Source: a virus (Duplodnaviria; Caudoviricetes). From it: a stretch of DNA of 64,000 bases. Position 1 is the stretch's first letter. Each line of letters opens with the position of its first letter. Below the pieces are notes generated by a model, which was not told the DNA's origin, ran no database searches, and was given only the letters and a program-made list of their open reading frames with translations. Below, piece by piece: positions 17,448-28,000 of the stretch. The position numbers were made by a program, and so were the translations under genes. The DNA lies in the IMG/VR virus record IMGVR_UViG_3300033475_000012, positions 1 through 64,000 of that record, one strand, 5' to 3'.

Positions 17448-17885
17448 TTAAAACGTTTGAGGCCCATTGATGAATATCAAGAACAAATCTGCCGAAGTAT
17501 AAGTGCCGGGGATAAGAATTTGGACACCAGACACGCCTCCGACTATATCGGGAGCCCATGTGCTATTAGGATAAGATGGAGATGCGGAATTATAGGTTAA
17601 AAATCCTTGACCTTGATAATAAACAATCAGATTAAACCCAGACAAAGGATTGCCAGATGGTGGAATATATTTATTTGATCCATTTAAATCAGCCCCAGTA
17701 AACATTATAATTCCATTGCTGAAAAGCTGGTTATAAAGACACTGCTTAACCGATCCCCACGTACGGAAGGCATATCCCCCAGTCTGGCCTGCTACATTTA
17801 TGAAAAGGATTTGTTCGTTGTCGGCGGGGCACCCGGAGGCCAGCGGCGCTAGTGTAGAAAATTCTCCTTGACAAGGTGCTGCCAT
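17448..17885 (-). CDS. small structural protein, possible fibre adaptor
   Basis: 145 aa, beta-rich, directly upstream of fibre genes. Confidence 0.55.
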   Translation of the reverse strand: MAAPCQGEFSTLAPLASGCPADNEQILFINVAGQTGGYAFRTWGSVKQCLYNQLFSNGIIMFTGADLNGSNKYIPPSGNPLSGFNLIVYYQGQGFLTYNSASPSYPNSTWAPDIVGGVSGVQILIPGTYTSADLFLIFINGPQTF

Positions 17886-17889
17886 GATA

Positions 17890-18291
17890 TTAGTTTAAGA
17901 GTGCGCTACACCCATTTATAAGAATTTGACAATTATTCATTAAAGCATTATGCTGCGAACATCCACACATCTGAACTTCACACCCATTGATCAATATCAT
18001 GCACCCGTTTATGTACGGGAAACATTCTACACATGGACAACATTGACAGTTGGAAGCTACATATTGATCGTAGGCCGACTGAGATTGGAATAAAGTACTT
18101 CCAAAAGTTTGTTCTCCATACTTGACAATGAACGCTCTTTTGGCTATAATGACATTTACCCCTGCATCATAATCCCGGTAGACCATTTCCCCAATGGGTA
18201 TCACCCTATCGCACTGAAATGTGAAATTTACTGGCGATTCCTGTATCTCACCATTGACTATATCAGCCGGAAAAATAAAGCTCTTAGCCAA
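17890..18291 (-). CDS. Cys-rich small structural protein
   Basis: TTG start (an out-of-frame ATG lies 5 nt upstream); C-terminal 'INGC' repeats. Confidence 0.55.
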   Translation of the reverse strand: MAKSFIFPADIVNGEIQESPVNFTFQCDRVIPIGEMVYRDYDAGVNVIIAKRAFIVKYGEQTFGSTLFQSQSAYDQYVASNCQCCPCVECFPYINGCMILINGCEVQMCGCSQHNALMNNCQILINGCSALLN

Positions 18292-18370
18292 CTCATTTTG
18301 GCCGAAAGTTAATGAAAATCAGTAAGGGAGGAAGTGAATGCATCCCATTTGGGGGACAATTGTATTACAA

Positions 18371-19630
18371 TTATATAAAGGAGATGCCCGCTTTAGAAAG
18401 ACGTTCTAATGACTTTTTGGCCTTATCTACACTGTCCATTTTGATAGAAATATCGAATCCCTCTATTGAATAAGCAACCTCTTTGGCTTTTTTTATGGCT
18501 TCGTCCATGGTTCTCCCTAATCCAACTACGGCCCCCATTTCTTTCATTTTTTGACCGTTGGGTGTGTAATATGAAATACCATCGTCGTCAATGACCAAGT
18601 TCTTTATCTTTACAAATTTTTTATTCTCTTCTGGAATTTTTATGGGAGATGGGTCTGTTTCGGCTAAATCAGATTTTATTATAAACTGACAGGCATATTC
18701 GTAATCAAATCTTATTTCAGGTATTTTACCACCAGCAATCGTCCAAACTATTTCTGGGAAATTAGTCCACCAACTTGTTAGGATGGATGTGGGTGGCTGT
18801 CCAAAACGACAAGTGTAATCGAGCATATACCCCACCTTATCTTTGCCTATGATAGTTTCATTAGAGAATATACCGTTATACTCCATATCATTAAAGATCG
18901 GGGCAAGCCTATCGGTAATATCCTTTACTTGTCTTGGCAACGAATGATAAGGCACCATCCTCGTTATATACATACAATCTTTAACTTCTAGACCGGCACT
19001 ACAATAATAAGTATACGCTCCATTGGCTGTGGGAATATCAATACCTATTTCGGATAATCCGTCGATATGGTGTTCTACTGTATATTTTGGTTGATTTTGG
19101 AATATCTTCAATCCTGATTTAATTCTTTCAACTTCACCTTTTGAAAAAATCCAATCCTTATGCTCCCATGTTTCTCCATCCCCTCGAAGTCCCCCCTTAA
19201 CCCAAGAATGCGGCGCATTTTTCAATATTTCAGATAAACCATCAACACCATCAGCTTCGTAATAAGGGCCAACCGGCAGACCCAACTCTTTTAATATTCT
19301 CTTGCCTAATCTTCTGTCATTTTCTAATTCTGATGCAAAAAAACTACCGAATACTCTCTTACCTAAATTTTTCCAATGTTTCTGAAGGTAAGGTTCATGT
19401 GCGTCCGTAGTTACAACAATACTACATTGATCTATAACAGAAGCCCATTCCTTTACCCGTTCGATATTAGGCACATTACGAGCCATATCCATAGCCTCGT
19501 GAGAAGGATTGCCATTCATCACATAAGGACCGGTATAGAAAACACGTTCGAAAGACTCCGCAAGACGAATAGCGATTTCCATCTTGTCATAGTAGTCATA
19601 TACTAAACAGCATTCATTGGACAAATCCAT
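18371..19630 (-). CDS. PurD/GARS-like ATP-grasp ligase
   Basis: Start MDLSNEC at 19630; 'ASELENDRRLGKRILKELGLPV', 'WVKG', 'TVEHHI', 'LDYTCRFGQPP' match GARS-type ATP-grasp motifs. Confidence 0.75.
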   Translation of the reverse strand: MDLSNECCLVYDYYDKMEIAIRLAESFERVFYTGPYVMNGNPSHEAMDMARNVPNIERVKEWASVIDQCSIVVTTDAHEPYLQKHWKNLGKRVFGSFFASELENDRRLGKRILKELGLPVGPYYEADGVDGLSEILKNAPHSWVKGGLRGDGETWEHKDWIFSKGEVERIKSGLKIFQNQPKYTVEHHIDGLSEIGIDIPTANGAYTYYCSAGLEVKDCMYITRMVPYHSLPRQVKDITDRLAPIFNDMEYNGIFSNETIIGKDKVGYMLDYTCRFGQPPTSILTSWWTNFPEIVWTIAGGKIPEIRFDYEYACQFIIKSDLAETDPSPIKIPEENKKFVKIKNLVIDDDGISYYTPNGQKMKEMGAVVGLGRTMDEAIKKAKEVAYSIEGFDISIKMDSVDKAKKSLERLSKAGISFI

Positions 19631-19634
19631 AACA

Positions 19635-20501
19635 CTAAGTTGTTTTATATTTCCAATAAAATCCTTTAAATACAATTCCGCTAACACAGGCATCGGATAT
19701 CCCATGCCTATAGGCTCCTATATTGTCTTTTTCAGCCCGATTGAGAGAAAGATATTCGGATATAATTTCTCCTTCTAATGATATTTTTAATACATTAGGG
19801 AATCCTCTGGATTTCTTTATTTTATTTATGGATTCGTCCGTATGTTTTTTACCAAAAAAACTATTTTTTTCATTTCTCCTATCTTCGGACATTTTTGCTT
19901 TCGTTTCATCCGATGCTTTACGACCGAAACTATGACAATATGGTCCCCTTTTTCCATACGCCCAATGTTTTTCTCCTTTTTGAGATTCACTCATTTTTTT
20001 GATTGACTCTTCGGAATGTTTTTTACGGTAAAATGGGTTGTCTTTTCCCATTTTTTTACCCTTTTTTATGGCACTAATTTTATCTCCCGTTTCTTTTGGC
20101 CTTTTTCTACCTCTATGAAATTCAGCCAATCTAGCATATTTTTCCTTAGAAATAAAACACTTCCCTTTTCTGCTTTCGCTCATCTTCTTTTTGGTTGATT
20201 CAGAATGAATCATACCTAATACTCCATCGCCTCCGTTAGTTAAGTTACACAAAATGCCACCATTAGATTTCCTTCCATACAAACTAATAAACTCCTTTTC
20301 TTTTTCAATAGCATCTTCCCACGATATATTATCCACTATTATTTGAACCTCATATGAAGTATTTTTAACTATATTATGCCAATGCCTATTTCTGTCCAGC
20401 ATAGAATTAGCTCTTGTGTACTTTCCATTATCATCACTACCTATACCAATATAAAATGGCTCGTTCTTATCAAGTCTTATATGTCTATATACGTATGCCA
20501 T
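19635..20501 (-). CDS. free-standing GIY-YIG-like homing endonuclease with NUMOD3/NUMOD1 repeats
   Basis: 'AYVYRHIR...FYIGIG', repeated 'KHSEESIKKMSE' NUMOD3 motifs. Confidence 0.85.
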   Translation of the reverse strand: MAYVYRHIRLDKNEPFYIGIGSDDNGKYTRANSMLDRNRHWHNIVKNTSYEVQIIVDNISWEDAIEKEKEFISLYGRKSNGGILCNLTNGGDGVLGMIHSESTKKKMSESRKGKCFISKEKYARLAEFHRGRKRPKETGDKISAIKKGKKMGKDNPFYRKKHSEESIKKMSESQKGEKHWAYGKRGPYCHSFGRKASDETKAKMSEDRRNEKNSFFGKKHTDESINKIKKSRGFPNVLKISLEGEIISEYLSLNRAEKDNIGAYRHGISDACVSGIVFKGFYWKYKTT

Positions 20502-20503
20502 TA

Positions 20504-20935
20504 TTACTCTTTTATAGGTTGAATAAACCACCCTTTACCGTATCGTTCGCTATACCAGTTTTCTTCGAGATATTGGGAATCTAGCTTTTCTATCTCTCCT
20601 GTTGCTGGATTATATATTGTAAAGAATCCGTGTCCTTGACCTAGAACAACGCAGTAATGCCCGTCCTTGCCGTCTTCGTCTTCATACTGGTAGTTAATGA
20701 TAGCTGGCAAGAATTCCTGTAAAGATGATATATGGGCATTGTCCCAGCTTACCCATTTCATTCCAAAATGCTTAAACGCCTTTTTAATCCCCTCGTGAGA
20801 AGTGCCATCCTCTTCCGTGGCCCCCATTATTGGCTCCAAAGCTTCTGGCAATACTTTGTGACCGTGTAATCCCAAAAGAAACCATGCGGCATATATTCCA
20901 CACGTATAATTCTTGTCTTGTTCTATTGGTCTCAC
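20504..20935 (-). CDS. stand-alone peptidase C39-like cysteine protease
   Basis: 'Q..NYTCG..A' (Cys), 'GTS', 'GHYCVV' (His), 'IYNPA' (Asn/Asp). Confidence 0.8.
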   Translation of the reverse strand: MRPIEQDKNYTCGIYAAWFLLGLHGHKVLPEALEPIMGATEEDGTSHEGIKKAFKHFGMKWVSWDNAHISSLQEFLPAIINYQYEDEDGKDGHYCVVLGQGHGFFTIYNPATGEIEKLDSQYLEENWYSERYGKGWFIQPIKE

Positions 20936-21429
20936 AGTTCTTGTTTATATAAAGTTACCATTTCTGCGGTTTGATACCAATCATCTATATGCTCAACCGC
21001 TTCCGCCCCGAATGATTTATTTAGTTGCAACGAGCCGTTATGCCGGGCGTGTCCTACGACTATTTTCCAACCTTCGGCTCTCAAATAACCTAGCATATAA
21101 GATTTAAGGATGCCCCCAAATCCCTGTTTTTGAAACTTAGGTAGAATAGTATTGGAATAACAGTATACAGCTTCTTTACCGTAAAATGGATCAAGTCCAT
21201 CGTAATCTTGGTGCTCATCTGCATCCCAATCCTGCATAAGGTCTAATGGAAGGAAATACGTTTCTCCTATTAGTTCTCCCGTTTCACCATCTTTCAAATA
21301 AACAAACTCCGCCCCTTCTTCAGCCAATTCTTTTTTATCTTCCAAAGACATGGATAGGTTTTCTGGATAAATCGATTCAAAAACCATTGATTCCTCTACG
21401 GGAATGTTATGAACAAATTTTAGTATCAT
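20932..21429 (-). CDS. GNAT acetyltransferase
   Basis: Acetyl-CoA motif A 'ILPKFQKQGFGGIL'; 'NGSLQLNKSFG' motif B. Confidence 0.8.
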   Translation of the reverse strand: MILKFVHNIPVEESMVFESIYPENLSMSLEDKKELAEEGAEFVYLKDGETGELIGETYFLPLDLMQDWDADEHQDYDGLDPFYGKEAVYCYSNTILPKFQKQGFGGILKSYMLGYLRAEGWKIVVGHARHNGSLQLNKSFGAEAVEHIDDWYQTAEMVTLYKQEL

Positions 21430-22001
21430 TTGCTTTGAATTAAATATTTTTTAGCTAAATCTGGATTGTTTAAAGAACGAACGTAGTCTTCCATGTTAAC
21501 TCCGAAGTCATATTTTTCTCCTGTATTGGTCGATCTATATGAAGTAGGGTAGAAGAGACGGCTTGTGATACTGCCTAACCAACCGTCCACCGGAGATACT
21601 TCTCGGTCAAGATAAGGACTAGTTCCACTTGCCGTTCTAAGACCTCTTTTTATGAAGGCAATTTCTTCCGGCTTTAGTCCGGGGAACCTATCCGTTTTTC
21701 TCAAAAGGTATTGCTCATATTGGATGTTTGGTATGATAGATGGATCAATGGCTCTATCTGGATTAGCGGCATTCCATTTTTTCAAATAGGATAACCCTAA
21801 GGTTTGATCCCTTTTGTCCAAATCAGCCTTCCCACCTACGCCTTCCTTTTGCAGGTAATCCAAAAAGTCGTTCCAATCCTTCCGCTGCATGACAGAAAGA
21901 GTCTTATACCCTTTTGGCGCGTCTTTGTATTCATCAGAAGGCGGTGTCCCCCCGCCGCCTTTGCCACCACCCTCTTCTGCCATATAGTAAAGTCTTATCA
22001 T
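21426..22001 (-). CDS. hypothetical protein with scaffold-like N-terminal leader
   Basis: MIRLYYMAEEGGGKGGGG; coupled to giant cargo gene and GNAT. Confidence 0.7.
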   Translation of the reverse strand: MIRLYYMAEEGGGKGGGGTPPSDEYKDAPKGYKTLSVMQRKDWNDFLDYLQKEGVGGKADLDKRDQTLGLSYLKKWNAANPDRAIDPSIIPNIQYEQYLLRKTDRFPGLKPEEIAFIKRGLRTASGTSPYLDREVSPVDGWLGSITSRLFYPTSYRSTNTGEKYDFGVNMEDYVRSLNNPDLAKKYLIQSK

Positions 22002-25000
22002 TCTGGATTTTCTTCGTTTTGACGGTAAATCTCGTCTATTTGCTGATTCATTTCATTCATGATTTGCCCTCGACGTTCGGCCTTTTCTTCTTTGGAAAGA
22101 CTTGTGTTTGTCTCCACTTCAGTAATTTGATCTCGATAAGCCTTTTGGGTAGCCACAGCTTGTTTATAATATCCTTCTGATAATGCGCCCTTTTTGCTGA
22201 ACCCTGGAAGATGGATGAGATAATCGGATGGGCGAAATACTTTACGCTTCATTGGGTTTCCGTTTTGATCCACATCCTGCCATTGACCCGAAGCGTATTT
22301 TTGCTGAATGCTTTGAATTGCGCCGCCAGCTAATGGCCCGGCTACTTTATCGATCATTGGAATCGAATTCATGATGTGGTTGATGTGAGTCAAGGCGTCA
22401 TCCGAAACCGCCCTTGCCGTAGACTCGCCATCTACTATTTTATTTTGATATACCTGAACCAGAGACAACCCAAACAATGCGGATTGAAGTTGGGGAGCGT
22501 GTTCCATTATTTTAGCCGCCGTCTCCGGAACCACCCAATCTCCTATTTTTATTTCAGAGGTCTTTATCTCTGGAACCCCTGTTTCCAATTCTCTTTTTAA
22601 CTTCTTTTGGTCTTCTGCCGTCTGCCCCTTATGAGCGAATCCGCCAAAGGCCGCATGACCCAAGACGGCCAACGCGTATATGCCTAGTCCAAATCCACCT
22701 TTACGGTAGGCCCTAACAATAGCAGCGGCCTTATCGGCATCCATTTTTTGCAACTGTTCTCCCAATTCCTTTTTGAACTGTGCTCTTTCATTTTCTCCCC
22801 ACTCTGACTGAAGGACTATTTTCTTTGCTTTTAAATATTCCTTGCCGGCAATCCAAGAGCCGGTTAATGCCCCTAGCGTATATTCCATAATCCCTTCGTA
22901 GAGCATATTAATAGGAACACGGGTAATAGCTACATCCGCCCGCATAAGGTAAGCCAACCCCTCTCCCAACTTTCTCGTTTTAGACCCTTCCGTACCAATT
23001 CGTTCTACGGCATTGGTGGCCGAATTCCATGCATCGGTTATAGCGTTACTCTCTTGATACTTGCCTCTTTCAAAGTCTTGGTAACTTTCATTAGCAAGTT
23101 CCAATATCTTATCAGCCTTTGATACATCTACTCCATTTTGTACGGCATATTCCAAGCGAGCCATGAACCCAGCAGAAAAGCTAAATCTTCCTGAAAAATT
23201 CTTTAATGCAGCATGAGAACGACCGAAGAAGTTGATGAGGTACGACCAATTATCTATATCCGACAAGGACCGTTTAGACAACAATGCCTGTTCACCTCTT
23301 TTGTCCCATGCTTCCCGGTCAAAATTGCCCATATTCCGTTCTAACTCAGTAGAACGATGAAGAAACACATCCCACCCTTCAGACAAAGACTTCCCTGAAA
23401 TAAAGTCATACATTTTATACCCAACGGAATTTACAAGGGCATCATTCTTAGCATTCTGCAATTGGCCCAATTTTTTCTCAGCAGAACGATATTCGTCCGT
23501 ATCTTTTCCAACGGCGTATTTGATTCGATTGACCTCTTTTTCTTGATCCTGAAAATCCCCTAATGCCTTATGGTATTTATCAGAAGCGTCTTGGTACATT
23601 TTACCTATCTTATCTTCGCTATACTGTCCAAGATATGCCTTCCATCCACGTTCTATTTGTTTTACGTTACTTCCTTCCCCGCCTGCCTTAGCTCGTTCGG
23701 ATACCGTCTTAGTAAAATCAGTAGGTATTTTTTCGAATAACTTACCTACAGTAAGTTTGGTGGCCGTTTCGATAGTAGGACGAATAACGGCGCTTCCGGC
23801 CACTTTTAGGAAAGTGATAGGACTTCCGATCAATCCGGCAACCTCAGCCCCACGCAAGAACTCCCATGCCCGTCTCATTCTGGTTTTGTTATCTTTCTGG
23901 AATGTCTTTTGACGGTTCTTATATATTTGACCAATAGCATTTTTCTCCCTTTCCAATTTAAGTAGTTCGGCGTCGGTTTTGGATAAGACAGTGACCGGCT
24001 CGTCCTCGTATTCCCCATTGTATATTTTTTTAAAATACATCTCAGCATCTCTCTTGGCTTTATCCTTGGCCCTTTTCAGTTTTATTTCTTGTTCTGATTC
24101 ATTCTTATCGGTATCGAATCCATCCACAGCCTTTTGTAAGGAGCGCCGAATGTCGGCAGCTTTTGAAATATCCCCGCTTGTATTTCTGTTGAATTCGCTT
24201 TGAAGACTTTTTAACAAGGACAACCCTCCATCCAAGGTTCGTTCTTGACTTAATGCCGAAGTTGGGTCTAAAACAATACCAGATGCGTCCAATTGAGATT
24301 TCAATTTTTTTAGGGCCTTTTCTGAATCCGTAGACAGTTCCCCTTTAGACAGCTTTTCTTCAATGGATTTTGAGATATCATTAAGTCGATCATTATGGGA
24401 TTTGGCTCGTTGATCATAAGAAGACTTCTTATACTTATCCTCCCCGGTAATTTTAATGCCCATTGAATCCATAAGATTCTTTCTCTCCCTTTCTTTGGCT
24501 TCAATGGTTTTATCCTCCGGTAACGGTTTACTACTATCTCTTCGAAATATATCCTTCTTATTTTTTAGGTCGTTGATATCTTTTTCAAGTTTAGCCAGTT
24601 TATCGAATTGGCGTTTCGCATCTTTAAAACCACTTTCCAATTGTTTCTTAGTCATCTGCTTAAAATCACCTTGCTTCAGATAGGCTTCCAGCAAACGGTC
24701 TTTTTCTACATCCGGAAGAATAGTTTTAAGTTGGTTCGCAGCTACGTCCAATATTTCATTAGCATCATGCAATCCTACATGAGAATTAATGTAATCCCGG
24801 ATAAGATTTTGGCCTACCATTTCGTTGGTAACGTCCATTACGCCATTGTTTTCAGCAAAGTCCTTTATTTTTTCAAAGGATTCGGCACGCATATCCTGTT
24901 TATCAAGAACGGCAAGTAGATTATCCGTAAACTGCTGCTTATTCCCCCCATGTTCTTTGATGAAACTATCTATGGCTTCGGCCAACGTTGCACCCTTCTC

Positions 25001-28000
25001 GACGGCCTGTGCTATAAATTCTATTACAAAGTTGACCGTTTGTTTAAATCCAGGGAATGGAACTGACGTTAATTGATCGCCTTTCATCTTTCCGCCACGT
25101 ATCCTATCGGCGAAGTCTTTCCCTTTTTCCTTCAAAGTCTTTTCACGCTGTTCGGCTTTGCTGAGTTTTCGGCCTTCTCTGGCCGTCTTTAGCTGTTTCT
25201 CATAGTCTGCCTTCACATCAGCCATTTGCTTGTCAAAGGTTTCCTGCATTCCTCTTTGCTTCAAATCGGCCTCTTTTTGCATTAAAGCCCTTTCCTGTTC
25301 CCATAGCCTAGCACTTTCATCCAATTCCTCTGGCGTCAATCGTTCACCACCTTTAGCTGCAAGCAATTCCATTCGGCGTAACTTCAAGCCCTCATCCGGA
25401 TCAATATTGGCCTCGGATTGGAGCATATACATAGCCCTACCAGTCTCTCCTTCTGGATTGGTTACACGGGCGATGTTGTAAAGATCATTACTCAATGTAG
25501 CCCATGTAGCCACAGCCCCCATGCGCTCCAAGTTGTTATCGCTGTCCCATCCCGGAATCTCAGCCATTCTCTTTTCAGTCTCATTTCTGAGCACATTGAA
25601 TACGGCAATATCTTCAGATGTGGGATTGAATAATTCTCCGGCATTCAACCTATCCACAAAATCATTTACACGGGAACGCATGGCCTCATATAGCCTTTTG
25701 TCAGGATACATGGCCAATACATTCTTCATAGCATTTTGATACGTTTCAGTCCACTTCACTTTCTTGCGGCCCGAAAACAATTCTTTGGCACCCTTTATTT
25801 CCCGAAGTCGTTCCTTCCGAACGCTGGTAAATTCATCTTTTGGAGACTCCTTCGGCACACGAGGTTCGGAAGGAGGAAGAGGGGGAGCGGGTGGCGCCGA
25901 TTTTTCCGCTCCCTCCTTTTCGGTTAGCAGCGGCCCGGAGACTTCTTTCCCTGTACCCCCATCTGGCCGCCCTTTACCTTTCCCTTGGCTTTCTTGGCCC
26001 CCTTGCTTACCTTCGCTGCGTGGGGCATTGGGCTCTGTTTTTTCATCGTTTTCGATTTTTGGTGAAGAAATATCTTTTACCGGTTCTATTTTTTCTCGTT
26101 GAACTGGTTCATCAACTTTAACTGTTTCTCCTTCGGGAGTAACTGAAATTCCTGCATTGTCCATTTCTTTTCTTGCCCCTTCGTTTTCGTTGAGGAATTG
26201 TTCGAATGCTGGTTGTTCATTGGAGATTTGTTTTAGAGTTAATTCATAAGCCAAGTCTTCGGCCACTTGACCACGGAAAGTACGACGCTGACCATCCGGC
26301 GTTTCCAACTTTACGGCTACTACATTCCCATTCTTATCATGAACGATAGCCTTTAATGGGTCTTCATTTGGATTAACGTAATCTTTCCCACGGACGGATA
26401 TTTTACCTTCAGGGCTTACATCAACGACGGATTTTTCCGTATCGATGCCAAAATCTTTCAATGACCGACCACCGACCTCGTTGATGTTACCTAATTCATA
26501 TTCTCGATTACTGTTTTCTGGTTTAAATATTACCGTCTGTCCATCTTGGATGAAAGTTCCACGCTGACCCTTGTAGACACCTTTTTTATCCAACATTTCT
26601 GAGACGGTAATATTGTCTTCCGGAGCTATTTCTTGCCCCGTGCTGTCCGTTCGGCGATTGCCACGATCTGCTGGTGGCTGCGCTTCTTCTTCCCGTGGTG
26701 CGCCAACTCGTGGATGTTCTTTCCCACCTGCTTGTTGATCGCCTTCTCCGACTTTCCCTTTGCCTTCGGTAGCGGCATACGTACCTCCTTGTTTTATAAG
26801 TTGTTCAGAATGATCGGCTCCAAATTCTTTCATGGCCTCTTCTCTGGTGATTATTCTCCCATCAGATGTTCTAAACATCCCATCTCGTTCTCTGTCAATT
26901 TGAGACACATCTTCACCAGCTTGTCTAGCTTTTTCTATTGCTTCACCATGATCATTACCTTCGTAAACCTTATCACCTATTTTAATAACAGCGCTTTCTA
27001 CTTTAGGCGCTTCCGGATATAGCATTTTGGCCATATCAACGATGTCATTGCCGTATTGCTCTCTGGCTGATTTTTCGGCATCGGGTAAGTCCGACTTAAT
27101 GGGATTGCCATCCGAATCTCTCATTATACCATGTACTTGATCGGAAACTGTCTTGAAAAATTCTTCCGGATTGGATTTGGCCACAAAGTAAAAAGCTCCC
27201 AATTTTTCTTTGTTAGCCTCGATAAGATCAGCACCGTGTTCGGCTAAGTCTTTACCTGATATTTCAGCCTCTCCCTTGGCTGAAACGAAATCTTTATAAC
27301 GTTGAGCAAATTCTGGATCATCTAAAAAATGAGCGCCTTTGATCGTTCCCTCATTCATCCATTGCTTGATTATCCCCGTAGATTCAAGGTCTTTAAAGGA
27401 TTTGTCGGACAAGAAAATAGGCGTCCCTTCAGAACTCATCAAATAATACCCTTTAGCATCGCCATTGGCGGCAGCTTTAGCCTGTTCTCTATAATCCTTG
27501 GCTTTATCTTTGTATACTTCAGCCAATGTTTTATTCCCTTCTTTTTGAGCCTGTTCGGAAAGATAATCGTGCTGATCGGCCAATGCTAAATTATGAGCCT
27601 GATAAAGGTCATTAACATTAGTCCGGTCTAAATTTCCGGATTTAATGTTCCTTTCAAGATTTGTGCTATAAAGAAGAGTGTTTTTTAAATCAATCAGCTG
27701 CCTTTTACCCTCATCATTTAATCCATCAACATCAATATTGATGGTATGAAGTTTCAACGCATCTCTCAAATAATTTCCATTCCCGTTCATTTCCTGTCCC
27801 AAGGCATAATTTTGAGACAATTGATTTTTGAAGTCCCCTTCAGCAGTCGTTAGTTTTTGCCAATTTTTTAGATTGTGCATGTATTGTCCCGGTGCATGGA
27901 TTAAAGAGAACCCAGCACCCATAATCATGGCATTGGCTACATTATCCTTGAAATCATCGGACTGCATATAGTCGAAAAAATCAGTAGGATGCCCTTGCGC

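Noticed and set aside
18371-19630. Auxiliary purine-synthesis gene purD
   Set aside because: No other pur genes are present, the N-terminus is divergent, and the context is a peptidase and acetyltransferase in the virion operon; kept as a PurD-like ligase without a symbol.
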